From an uncultured bacterium (GTDB lineage: Bacteria; Acidobacteriota; Aminicenantia; Aminicenantales; Saccharicenantaceae), in the NCBI GenBank assembly GCA_963805015.1, contig CAWDSL010000012.1, forward strand, positions 1,712 through 65,711: DNA of 64,000 nucleotides, given 5' to 3'. The translations under genes were made by a program, and so were the position numbers. The notes below the pieces were generated by a model. It saw nothing but the letters and a program-made list of their open reading frames with translations. It did no database searches and was not told the origin of the DNA. Positions within the stretch are counted from its first letter, which is position 1. The number at the start of each line of letters is the position of its first letter. Positions 17,706-27,860 of the stretch are shown here, piece after piece.

Positions 17706-17898
17706 AATTCGGGGACACAATACCTATTCACCAATTAAAATGGGGGACATGATACCTATTTCCGATTTATTGCCATGCCCGGCGAGGTTAGAGGGAGCTT
17801 AAATGGGAAATAGGTATCATGTCCCCCATTTTTTGATTCGCGCCCAAACCCGGGGATGACGAAAGAAAATTGGAAACGGGTATCATGTCCCCCATTTT
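17706..17898. repeat. interspersed inverted-repeat element cluster (4 units)
   Basis: Unit A at 17706..17732 is identical to 12329..12355, and the identity extends to 31 nt. Unit B aaaatgggggacatgatacctatttcc (17737..17763) has a perfect reverse complement at 17806..17832. A third copy on the minus strand at 17872..17898 has 2 changes. Confidence 0.85.
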
Positions 17899-18005
17899 CG
17901 CGGTATGATTAATTTTCCCCAGGGGGATTTTTTTCGCTGGCCGGCTGTATCAAAAAAGAGCGCGGCTGAGCCGACTAATTTACGAGTCCGATCCGGGAGG
18001 AACGC

Positions 18006-21000
18006 ATGACCAGCCAGGAGCCGAATATGGAAACACGCGACGCCGAAAACGCCCGGAAGAGCAAGGACCGCCCATAGCCGTATTGGCCGTCCTCCTGGCC
18101 GTCCTCGGCGCGGGGCTCTACGCCGTCGTCGCCGATAACTCCTGCCCGCTCGCCGCGGGCCCCGCTAACGCGGGACTCGTCGCTAGCGATCCCGGAGCCG
18201 CGGGCCCCGCTGACGCGGGACTCGTCGCTGGCCCGATCCGGAACCGCGTCGCCCCAAGCTTCCGCCCAGTCCGCCAAGGCCGCCCGCGAGGCCGTCGATA
18301 AACTCGTCAACGAACAGAAGTTCGAGGCCGCGGCCGCTGAGTGCGCCCGGATCCGCGAAGAGGCCCGCAAGTCGCACGCCGTCCCCCTCTGGACCTGGGC
18401 CCTGATCAAGGAAGGCCAGCTCCGCTCGGCCCTCCACGGCTACGAGACCGCCGTCCGCTTCTTCAAGGAACAGCCCTGGCCGGACTCCCCCGTCGAGCGC
18501 GACATGCTCGACCTCTTCTACGCCCAGTCGCTCGTCACCTACTACCGGGCCTACTCCTGGGAGATCAACACCCGCGAGAAGGTCGAGGCCAAGGGCCCGA
18601 TCGACCTCAAGTCCTGGACGCGCGACCAGATCTTCGACGAGGCCTGGCAGTCGCTCCTCCGCGTCTGGAAGGACCGCGACCGCCTGGCCAACCACAAGGC
18701 CGTCCAATACCCCGACTTCTGGAGCGCCGGCGACTACCCCGCCGGCGTCCGCGACAATCTCCGCGACGGTGTCGTCTACCTCCTCGCGCAACTCCTCGGC
18801 GACACCTCCTTCTGGACGCCGCGCCAGTCGAACGAGACCTGGCTCCTCGACCTCGCCAAGATCCTCGCGAGCGCCGGCAAGACCAGCTCCGCCGACGCCG
18901 CCGCCGTCCTCGCCGACGCCTCCCGCCACCCCGTCGAAAGGATCGCCGCCCTTCTCGGCGAGCACGAGTCCTGGAGCCGCCGCAACGAGCGCCCCGCCGC
19001 CGCCCTCGAAGCCCGCTTCGAGCTCGTCCAAGCCCTCCACGAAGCGTTCAGCGACGAGGACGGCCGGGCCCTCCTCCGCAAGCACCTGACCGCTTTCCTC
19101 GCCGCCAACCGCAAGAACTCCTGGTGGGCCGTCGGGCAAGCCCTCCTGGCCGAGTACACCCGCTCCGAGGACGCCCCGGACGCCCTCGTCCGGGCCCGCA
19201 AGATCGCCCTCGAGGGCGTCGAGCGCTTCCCGGACACTCCCGGCGGCGACCGCTGCCGGCACATCGTCGCCTCGATCGAGGCGCCCGATTATTCCTGGAA
19301 GCCATGCGCCTCGACGCGCCCGGCCGCCGCTCCGTCCGCCTCACGCACCGCAACTTGGATCGCGTCTTTTTCCGCGCCTACGCCCTCGACCTCGAGGCCG
19401 AGGTCAAGGCGGCCAAAGACTACAACCTCTTCCCGCAGGGCGACGAAGCTCGCCGCTTGGTCACCGAGCGCAAGCCCGACGCCGCGTGGAAGACCGACCT
19501 CGCCCCTACGCCGGATTACCGCGACCACCGGACCTACGCCAACCTCCCCGACACCCTGGCGCCGAGCGCTCTATCTCGTCGTCGCCTCGGCCCGGGAGGA
19601 TTTCGCCGAAGCCGGCAATCAGACGATCGGCGCCGGCGTCATCGTCGGCGACCTCGTCCTAGTCAAGCGCGAGAACGCCGGGCCCGTCGCCGGCGCCGCC
19701 GGATCCGGCGGAGGGATGGAAGCCCTTGTCCTCTCCGGCGCTACGGGCCGGCCCGTCGCCGGCGTCACGGTCGACCTCTACGCCTACAACTGGCGCCGCG
19801 GCCACACTAAACTCGAGTCCAAGACGACCGACGCGCAAGGCCGCGTCTTCTTCGCTCCGCGCGGCCGTGGCGGCTCGTTCTTTGTTATCGCCAAGAAAGG
19901 CCGCGACGTGGTCATCGACACTTCCGGCTTCAACCTCGAAAGGGATAGCGACCTCAGCGACGACCAGGCCGCGCTCGTCTACACCGACCGCTCCATCTAC
20001 CGCCCCGGCCAGAAGATCTACTGGAAGGTCCTGGCCTATAAGGGCCGCTACGACCTCGGCCGATTCTCACCCGAGGCCAACCGCCCAGTCTCCGTCCGGC
20101 TCGAGGACATCAACAATGAGCCCGTGGCCGAAGCCACCGTCACGACGAACGCCTTCGGCACGGCCAGCGGCGAATTCGTCATCCCGGCCGCCGGGCGGCC
20201 CCTCGGGGCTTGGAGCCTGGTGGTCTCGCCCGACGGCGAAGCCGACATCCGCGTCGAGGAGTACAAACGGCCGACCTTCGAAGTCTCGGTCAAGGACCCG
20301 GAAAAGCCCCTGCGACTCAACAAGCCCGCTTCCCTCAAGGGCGAAGCCCGCTACTACTTCGGCCTGCCCGTCACGGGCGGCGAAGCCGATCTGGCAGGTC
20401 CGGCGCGAGCCCGTCTACCCGAGATGGTGGTGGTGGTGGGGCGACGGCGGCGGCTCCCGCAGCCAAAAGATCGCCGGCGGCCGGGCCAAGATCGACGCCG
20501 ACGGCGCCTTCGCCGTCGCGTTCACTCCGATCGCCGACGAGAAGAAGGACGGCGGCGCGTCGTCGGGCCTGACCTACCGCTACACGCTCTCGGTCGACGT
20601 CACGGACGAGGGCGGCGAGACCCGCTCCGCCGAGCGCTCGTTCCGCCTCGGCTTCGTCAGCGTCGAGGCCAGGGCCGCGTCGGAGACCGAGTTCCTGACC
20701 GCGGATTCCAAACCCAAGTTCACCGTGTTGCGCACCGATCTCAACGGCACGCCGAAGGCCGGCAAGGGCGCGTATCGCGTCGTCCGGCTCGTCCAGCCGG
20801 AGAAGACCCTCCTCCCCGCCGACCAGCCTCTCCCCGTCCGGCCGGGCACGGCCGAGGACCGCCTCTATCCGCCGACCCCCGGCGACCTCCTCCGGGCCCG
20901 CTGGGAAACGGTGGACCCCGCGACCATCGTCCGGATGTGGAAGGAAGGCGCGGAAGCGGCCAAGGGCGCCGTCGAACATGACGCCAAGGGCGTCGCCTCG

Positions 21001-24000
21001 ATCTCGCTTCCCGCGCTCGGCGCCGGGGCCTATCGCCTGCTCTACGAGACCAAGGACGACTTCGGGGCCGTCTGCAAGGACAGCCTCGATTTCCTGGTCG
21101 CAGGCGGTGCCAAGCCCGCCTTCAAGCTGCCGCTCCTCCTCAAAGCGGAGAAGGGCGTCGTGCCGGTCGGCGGCAAGGCCCGCATTCTCCTCGACAGCGG
21201 CTGGAGCGGCCAGCCCGTCCTCTTCGAGACGTTCAAGGGCGGCACGCTCTGGGAACGGCGCTGGCTCGAGGCCGGCAAGGACAGCGGCATCGTCGAGATC
21301 CCGGTCGGCGAGGACCTGCGGGGCGGGTTCGGCGTCCGGCTGACGGCCGTCCGCGACCACCAGTTCATGAGCGAGGAAGCGCTCGTCTTCGTCCCCTGGG
21401 ACAACAAGGAGCTCGGCGTTTCGTTCGCGACGTTCCGGGACAAGCTCACGCCCGGCGGCCGCGAGACCTGGCGCGTCACGGTCAAGACCCCGGCCGGCAA
21501 ACCGGCCGAAAAGGGCGCGGCCGAGCTCCTGGCCTACATGTACGACCGCAGCCTCGACATCTTCGCTCCGCACCGGCCGCCGCGCCGATCTCGGGGCTCT
21601 ATCCCTACCGCGCCGGCACGGAGGCGTGGGACCCGGTCCTGGGCACGGCCGAGATCATGCTCTCCTACGGCGACGGCTGGCACCACATCCCCGGCTATGT
21701 CACGTTCCGCGCGGACGAGCTCTTCTCGCTCGGCGGCTACGGCATCGGCGGGCCAGGGCGGCGCTACAAGGGCGGGATCGTCGGCGGCGTGCTCGGAGGC
21801 GTCGAGCGGGCCGACGCGGTGGTCGAGGCCGCCGCGCCGATGATCGATGTCAAGATGACTCAGGTGGCCGGCAAGGCGCCCAAAGAGGAGGCCCTTAACG
21901 AACAAGTGACGATCATCGAGCGCGGCGATCAGGGCCCCGCCCTGCGCTCGAATTTCTCCGAGACCGCCTTCTGGCAGCCGCATCTTCTGACCGGGGCCGA
22001 CGGCACGGCCACCATCGAGTTCACCGTGCCCGATTCGGTCACCGGCTGGCGCGTCTTCGTCCACGGCGTCACCCGCGACCTGGCCGGCGGCACGCTCGAG
22101 GCCGAGGCCAAGTCGGTCAAGGACCTCATGGTCCGGCCCTACCTGCCGCGCTTCTTCCGCGAGGGCGACCAGGCCGAGCTCAAGGTCGTCGTCAACAACG
22201 CTGGCGAAAAGGAAGCTTCGGGCGAGGTCGCGCTCGAGATCACCGATCCCGCGACGGGCGAGAACCTGGCCCCGGCCTTCGGGCTGCCGGCCTCGGTCCC
22301 GCCGCGCCCGTTCACGGTCGCCGCCGGCGGCGGAGCGACCGTCGTCTTCCCGTTGGCCGCGCCGGCCCGCGTGGGCACCGTGGCCTTCAAGGTCACGGCC
22401 AAGTCGGGCGCGCTCTCCGACGGCGAGCTGCGGCCGCTCCCGGTCCTGCCGGGCCGGATGCACCTCGTCCAGTCGCGCTTCGCCACGCTTAAAGAAGGAA
22501 AGACGCGCGAGCTCCGGTTCGAGGACATGGCCAAGTCCGGCGACCCGACGCTCCTCCACGAGCAGCTGGTCGTCACCGTCGACGCCCAGCTCTTCTACGG
22601 CCTGCTCGAAGCCCTGCCCTACCTCGTCAATTACCCCTACGAGTGCACCGAGCAGACCCTCAACCGCTTCCTTTCGACGGGCATCCTCACGAGCCTCTAC
22701 GCCAAATATCCCTCGGTCGGGCGCATGGCCCAGGAGATGAGCAAGCGCGAGACGGTCTACGAGTCGTTCGACGCGGCCGACGCCAACCGCAAGATGGCCC
22801 TCGAGGAGACGCCCTGGCTGCAGGAGGCGCAGGGCGGCAAGACCGACGGCCTCGACGTCGCCAAGGTCCTCGATCCGCGGGTGGCCCGGGCACAGCGGGA
22901 GTCGTCGCTGGCCAAGCTCCTCAAGGCCCAGACCTCGCTCGGGGCCTTCCCCTGGTGGGCCGGCGGGCCGCCGTCGCCCTACATGACCCTCTACATCGTC
23001 CACGGCTTCTCCAAGGCGCTCGAGTTCGGCGTCGACGTGCCGAAGGACGCCGTGGTCAAGGCCTTCGCCTACCTCCATCGCCATTACCTCGACGAGGTCG
23101 TGGCCGAGATGATGTCCCACGACATAGGCTGGGAGTTCGTCACGTTCCTCGGCTATACGCTCTCGAACTTCCCCGACGCCTCGTGGACGGGCGGCGTCTT
23201 CACCGACGCCGAACGGAAGCAGATGCTCGACTTCTCGTTCAAGCACTGGAAGGACCACGCCCCTTATCTCAAGGGCTATCTGGCGCTGACGCTCAAGCGG
23301 GCGAACCGCCCCAAGGACGCGTCGCTCGTCTGGGCCAGCGTCATGGACAGCGCCAAGACGACCGAGGACGGCGGCACGAGCTGGGCGCCCGAGGACCGCG
23401 GCTGGCTGTGGTACAACGACACCATCGAGACCCACGCCTTCGCCCTGCGGACGCTCATGGAGCTCCAGCCGGCCGACAAGCGCGGCGAGGGGCTCGTCCA
23501 GTGGCTCTTCCTCAACAAGAAGCTCAACCACTGGAAGTCCACCCGGGCCACGTCCGAGGTCCTCTACTCGGTGGCCTGGTACCTGAACAAGACCGCGGCC
23601 CTCGGCGCGCGCGAGACGGTCACGGCCGAGACCTGCGGCCAGACGACGACGTTCACCTTCGAGCCCGACAAGTACACGGGCAAGAAGAACCAGCTGGTCG
23701 TCCCCGGGACGAAGCTCGGCCCGGAGTGCGCGACGGTCAAGGTGACCAAGGGCGGCAAGGGCCTGGCCTTCGCCAGCGCCACCTGGCACTTCTCGACCGA
23801 CCGGATGCCCGAGAAGGGCGACGGCGACCTGTTCTCGGTCGAACGGACCTATTTCAAGCGCGAGAAGAAGGGCGAGGAAGTCGTGCTGAAGCCGCTCGCC
23901 GAGGGCACGCCTCTCGCCGTGGGCGACGAGATCGAGGTCCAGCTCTCGATCCGGGCCAAGCACCAGGCCGAGTACGTCCACCTGAGGGACCCGCGGCCGT

Positions 24001-24248
24001 CGGGATGCGAGCCGGTGGCGCTGACCTCGGGCTACAAATGGGACCTGGGCCTCGGCCGCTACGAGGAGATCCGGGACAGCGGCACGAACTTCTTCGTCGA
24101 GTGGCTGCCCGAGGGCCAGTACACGCTGAAGCACCGCATCCGCTGCACGATGGCCGGGACGTTCAAGGCCGCGCCGGCGACCCTGCAGTCGATGTACGCG
24201 CCGGAGTTCGCGGCCTATTCGGCGGGGACGCTGATCACGATCAAGTAA
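18006..24248 (+). CDS. alpha-2-macroglobulin family lipoprotein (~2080 aa) with CxEQ thioester motif, about 6 frame breaks
   Basis: ATG 18006 is preceded by GGAGG. A signal/anchor (AVLAVLLAVLGAGLYAVVADNSC) lies in the next frame. The body is spread over ORFs 18504..20981, 18341..19810, 19726..21843 and 21657..24248, with frame switches near 18070, 18245, 19290, 19565, 20385 and 21578. MG-domain-like repeats are present, together with YPYECTEQTLNRF (thioester-type CxEQ) and a conserved receptor-binding-like C-terminus. Confidence 0.85.
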
Positions 24249-24263
24249 CGAATCGGTGAGCGG

Positions 24264-24367
24264 AAAATCGGGGACATGATCCCATTTCTCCGTGAAATTG
24301 GATCGGGTCCCCTGATATCCCCTTCGAAAAGAAATCGGTGATTCAGGTATTGCTGTCCCCGATTTTC
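24264..24367. repeat. interspersed inverted-repeat element copy
   Basis: Arms are gaaaatcggggacatgatcccatttctcc (24264..24292) and ggtgattcaggtattgctgtccccgatttt (24338..24367). A degenerate core atcgggtcccctgat lies at 24302..24316. Confidence 0.75.
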
Positions 24368-24369
24368 AA

Positions 24370-24398
24370 TTGACACCCGCGCGCCGCCGATCTACCAT
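24370..24398 (+). promoter_or_regulatory. predicted sigma70-type promoter, -10 only 9 nt from the ATG
   Basis: TTGACA (24370..24375), a 17-nt spacer, then TACCAT (24393..24398). The ATG is at 24408 with no Shine-Dalgarno sequence in between. Confidence 0.45.
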
Positions 24399-24407
24399 CC
24401 CTTCACC

Positions 24408-26033
24408 ATGAAAAAAACAACCGCCCTTCTCGCGCTCGTTCTCACGATAGCCCTCGCCGGCGCCTCTCCCCTTCTCGCGGCGGCGCCGCAAGCCTCCGCC
24501 AAACCCGCCGCTCCCGCCAAGGCCGCCCTCAAGCCCGCCGCGGTCCTGCCGCCGGGCTTCGACGCCCTGGTGGCCAAGTCCCTGAAAACATTCGGCGTCC
24601 CGGGCATGGGCATCGCCGTGGTCAAGGACGGCCAGGTCGTCCTGGCCAAGGGCTACGGCGTCCGCAAGCTCGGCGAGCCGGCGCCGGTCGACGCCCAGAC
24701 CCTCTTCGGCATCGCCTCGAACACCAAGGTCTTCACGGCCACGGCCCTGGCCCTGCTCGTCGAGGAAGGCAAGCTCGCCTGGGACGCCCCCGTCACGCGC
24801 TACCTGCGCTGGTTCCAGATGTCCGATCCCTACGTCACGCGCGAGATGACCGTCCGCGACCTCCTCGTCCACAGGAGCGGGCTCGGCCTCGGCGCGGGCG
24901 ACCTCATCCTCTTCCCCGAGTCGACCTACAGCCGCCGCGAGATCGTCGAACGCCTCCGCACTATCCCGCTGGCGACGAGCTTCCGCAGCGCCTACGCCTA
25001 CGACAACATCCTCTACGTGGCCGCCGGCGAGCTCATCGAGGCCGTGAGCGGCATGACCTGGGAGGACTTCATCTCGAAGCGCATCCTCGCGCGCGTCGGC
25101 ATGGCCTCGAGCCGGCCGCGCCATTCGGCCGACACCGCGGGGATGAACGTGGCCATCCCCCACGCCGACCTCGAGACGGGCGTCATCCCCCAGCCCATCG
25201 ACGAGAACGACAACATGAACGCGGCCGGCGGCATCCTCTCCTGCGCCGAGGACATGGCCCGCTGGATGCTCGTCCATCTCGGCGAGGGTCAACTCGCCGA
25301 CGGTTCGCGCCTCATCTCGGAGCGGACGGAGCGGGAGCTGGCCACGATCGTCACCCCGATCCCGATCGGGACGCCCGCGCCGGAGCTCGCCGCCCAGCGC
25401 ATGAACTTCAACGGCTACGCCCTGGGCCTGCGGATCAACGACTACCGCGGCAAGAAGATCGTCAACCACACGGGCGGGCTGACCGGCTACGTCTCGCGGG
25501 TCTTCATGGTCCCCGAGCTCGAGCTCGGCATCGCCGTGCTGACCAACCAGGAGTCGGACGCCGCCTACAACTCGCTCATCTACGCGGTCGTCGATCAGGC
25601 TTTGGGCGTCCCCCCGACCGATTGGATGGCCGCCTATCTCAAGGTCGCGGCCCGCTCGCAGGCCTCGACGGACGATGTCCTCAAGAAGGCCGCCGCCAAG
25701 CGCGACGCCTCGCTCAAGCCCTCGCTCCCGCTCGACGCCTACGCCCGGACCTACGAGGACGCCTGGTACGGCCCCATCCTCATCATGAACGAGGGCGGCC
25801 GGCTGGCCATGAGCTTCGCCAAGACGCCGGGCATGGTCGGCGACCTGGAGCACTGGAGCCGGGAGACCTTCGTCGTCAGGTGGCGCGACCGGGCCCTGCG
25901 GGCCGACGCCTACGTCACCTTCGCCATCGATCCCGACGGCGAGATCGTCGAAGCCCGGATGAAGGCCGTGTCGCCCGCGACCGACTTCAGCTACGACTTC
26001 CACGACCTGCTGCTGAAGCCGGCGAAGAAGTAG
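24408..26033 (+). CDS. beta-lactamase-fold serine hydrolase (class C / PBP4*-like) with C-terminal extra domain
   Basis: An intact 541-aa ORF with a signal peptide. It has an SxxK motif (ASNTKVFTA) and a YxN-like motif (YAYDNILY). A ~130-aa C-terminal lipocalin-like extension is typical of this family. Confidence 0.8.
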   Translation: MKKTTALLALVLTIALAGASPLLAAAPQASAKPAAPAKAALKPAAVLPPGFDALVAKSLKTFGVPGMGIAVVKDGQVVLAKGYGVRKLGEPAPVDAQTLFGIASNTKVFTATALALLVEEGKLAWDAPVTRYLRWFQMSDPYVTREMTVRDLLVHRSGLGLGAGDLILFPESTYSRREIVERLRTIPLATSFRSAYAYDNILYVAAGELIEAVSGMTWEDFISKRILARVGMASSRPRHSADTAGMNVAIPHADLETGVIPQPIDENDNMNAAGGILSCAEDMARWMLVHLGEGQLADGSRLISERTERELATIVTPIPIGTPAPELAAQRMNFNGYALGLRINDYRGKKIVNHTGGLTGYVSRVFMVPELELGIAVLTNQESDAAYNSLIYAVVDQALGVPPTDWMAAYLKVAARSQASTDDVLKKAAAKRDASLKPSLPLDAYARTYEDAWYGPILIMNEGGRLAMSFAKTPGMVGDLEHWSRETFVVRWRDRALRADAYVTFAIDPDGEIVEARMKAVSPATDFSYDFHDLLLKPAKK

Positions 26034-26053
26034 CGGGACGGACGGAGATCCCG

Positions 26054-27298
26054 ATGATGACCCGCAGACAGTTCGTCGGGAACGCGGCCGGCCTGGCCGG
26101 CGGCGTCGCCCTGCTCGGCGGCTCGTGGGCCTGCCGCGGCGCGAAGACCGCGGCCGCCGCGAAGAGCCGGGTCGTCTCGGTCGCCGCCGAGGACATGCTC
26201 GCCGACCTCGACTACAACCCGGCGGCCGTCCACCGGGCGTTCGAGACCGGGCTCAAGGAGCTCACGGGCGAGAAGTCGCTCGCCGGCGCCTGGTCCTCCC
26301 TCGTCTCGCCCGACGACGTCGTGGGCATCAAGATCAACTGCATCGGCGCGCCGCGGATCTCGTCCTCGCTCGCCTCCATCAACGAGACGATCGCCGGGCT
26401 CAAGAGCGCGGGCGTCAAGGAGAACGCCGTCGTCGTCTGGGACCGGATGGACCGGGACTTCCGCCGGACGGGCCTGGCCATCAACCGGGGCGCCGAGGGC
26501 GTCCGGGTCATGGGCTGCTCGGCCGAGTGGGAGGGCGTGGTGCCCTGGGTCTCGGGCTACGACCCGAAGGTCTTCGTGTCGTTCGACGACGGGACCCTGA
26601 AGAAGTTCCGCGAGCTCGTCGGGCGCGGCTTCACCCGGGAGGGCTCGCACCGCGAGATCTTCAACTCCGTCTCCTGGCTCTGGACGCTGGCCCAGCAGGG
26701 GAACGCCGAGGCCCGCCGCTACGAACAGGAGCTGCGCCGGCTCTACACGGACTACGACGACCGCGAGGGCATCAAGAGGATCGCCGAGGAGGTGGCCAAC
26801 GCCTTCGACGGCGTCGCCATCGAGAACGAGGAGCGGTCCTGCTTCGCCGACATCGTGACCAAGGACATCACCAAGCTGGTCAACATCGCCGTTCTCAAGC
26901 ACAACGAGGACAGCGGCGTCACCTGGGCGGCCAAGAACATCGCCCTGGGGGTGACGACGAACAAGGTCCGCTTCCACATCGACTTCTGCGAGAAGGCCAT
27001 CCCGGAGATCCTGGCCGCGCCGTGCATCAGGGACAAGACCGTGCTCCACATCGGCGAGGCCGCCAAGATCTCGACGGTCAGCGTGGCCGGGGCCCAGATC
27101 GCCCGCGACAACCGCATCTTCTTCAGCCGCGACCCCGTGGCCATGGACCGCATCGGCCTCGACATCCTCGAGGAGAAGCGGGCGGCCCAGGGGCTCGGAT
27201 CGATCCGCGACATCGCGACGCACGTCGCGGCCTGCGCGCGGAAGGGGCTGGGCACGGACGATCTGGCGCGGATCGACCTCCGCGAGCTCCGGGCCTAG
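26054..27298 (+). CDS. DUF362-like protein with twin-arginine (Tat) signal
   Basis: In ORF 25622..27298, starting at ATG 26054. The N-terminus MMTRRQFVGNAAGLAGGVALLGG is Tat-like. The body resembles DUF362 proteins (VVGIKINCIG..), but the family call is from memory only. Confidence 0.55.
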   Translation: MMTRRQFVGNAAGLAGGVALLGGSWACRGAKTAAAAKSRVVSVAAEDMLADLDYNPAAVHRAFETGLKELTGEKSLAGAWSSLVSPDDVVGIKINCIGAPRISSSLASINETIAGLKSAGVKENAVVVWDRMDRDFRRTGLAINRGAEGVRVMGCSAEWEGVVPWVSGYDPKVFVSFDDGTLKKFRELVGRGFTREGSHREIFNSVSWLWTLAQQGNAEARRYEQELRRLYTDYDDREGIKRIAEEVANAFDGVAIENEERSCFADIVTKDITKLVNIAVLKHNEDSGVTWAAKNIALGVTTNKVRFHIDFCEKAIPEILAAPCIRDKTVLHIGEAAKISTVSVAGAQIARDNRIFFSRDPVAMDRIGLDILEEKRAAQGLGSIRDIATHVAACARKGLGTDDLARIDLRELRA

Positions 27299-27324
27299 GT
27301 CCGGAGCCATCCGGTTTCCGTTGC

Positions 27325-27825
27325 CTATTTGGACTGCAGATAGTTAACGAGAAAATGCAGGATCTGCCAGCTTTGATCAGGTTGCCGCTGCCAAACGATG
27401 CCACATCTTGCAAGAGCACGAACGGGCGGCTGACTACCCTCTTGTTCCAGCTCATTGATCGTAACGAACGTGTAGGCCTTCGAGCCGACGACATCACAAT
27501 GAATGAGAGTGAATGTCATCTCGAGAACCTTCATTGCCGGCATCCCTTTTGCGAATAGCTCTTGAAGGCTATCACGGCCCCTGAGCTCGGGCATGTCGGG
27601 GTAGATCAGAACGGCATCCTTCGTGAACCAACCGGCACATTTGTCTGGCTGCAAGGTCTTGACAGTCTCGATATAGTCGGTCAAGAGGCGCGTGCAGAGT
27701 TCCTTTGCAGCAACGGCATTCATGGCCACTTCACCCTTCTGTCGGCAGCCAATGCCGAAAACAAGGAGTGATACCATGAAGACGGCGGTTAAAAAGACAG
27801 GGCGGCATCTCGACGTTCTATTCAT
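27325..27825 (-). CDS. NTF2-like (DUF4440/SnoaL-like) lipoprotein
   Basis: ORF 27325..27858. Start taken at ATG 27825, 9 nt after GGAGG. Lipobox LLVFGIGC. NTF2-like length and pattern, ending ..CGIVWQRQPDQSWQILHFLVN. Confidence 0.6.
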   Translation of the reverse strand: MNRTSRCRPVFLTAVFMVSLLVFGIGCRQKGEVAMNAVAAKELCTRLLTDYIETVKTLQPDKCAGWFTKDAVLIYPDMPELRGRDSLQELFAKGMPAMKVLEMTFTLIHCDVVGSKAYTFVTINELEQEGSQPPVRALARCGIVWQRQPDQSWQILHFLVNYLQSK

Positions 27826-27860
27826 TGGCATATCCTCCCCCCTTGGGTCCAAAATCATCC

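Noticed and set aside
17706-17898. The possibility that the clustered repeats are a small CRISPR array.
   Set aside because: The units are in inverted, not direct, orientation. Spacing is irregular (5, 42 and 39 nt), copies are dispersed singly or in pairs over 40 kb, and there are no cas genes.
21534-24134. Long antisense ORFs opposite real genes: 21534..24134 (866 aa), 24366..26003 (545 aa), 10248..12296 (682 aa), 42812..45199 (795 aa), 1264..2556, 18183..19262, 25991..27310 and others.
   Set aside because: They have low-complexity G/R/D/E/A/L/V-rich composition, no recognisable motifs and no RBS. Each lies exactly opposite a gene with clear family signatures, so they are shadow ORFs caused by GC-rich codon bias.
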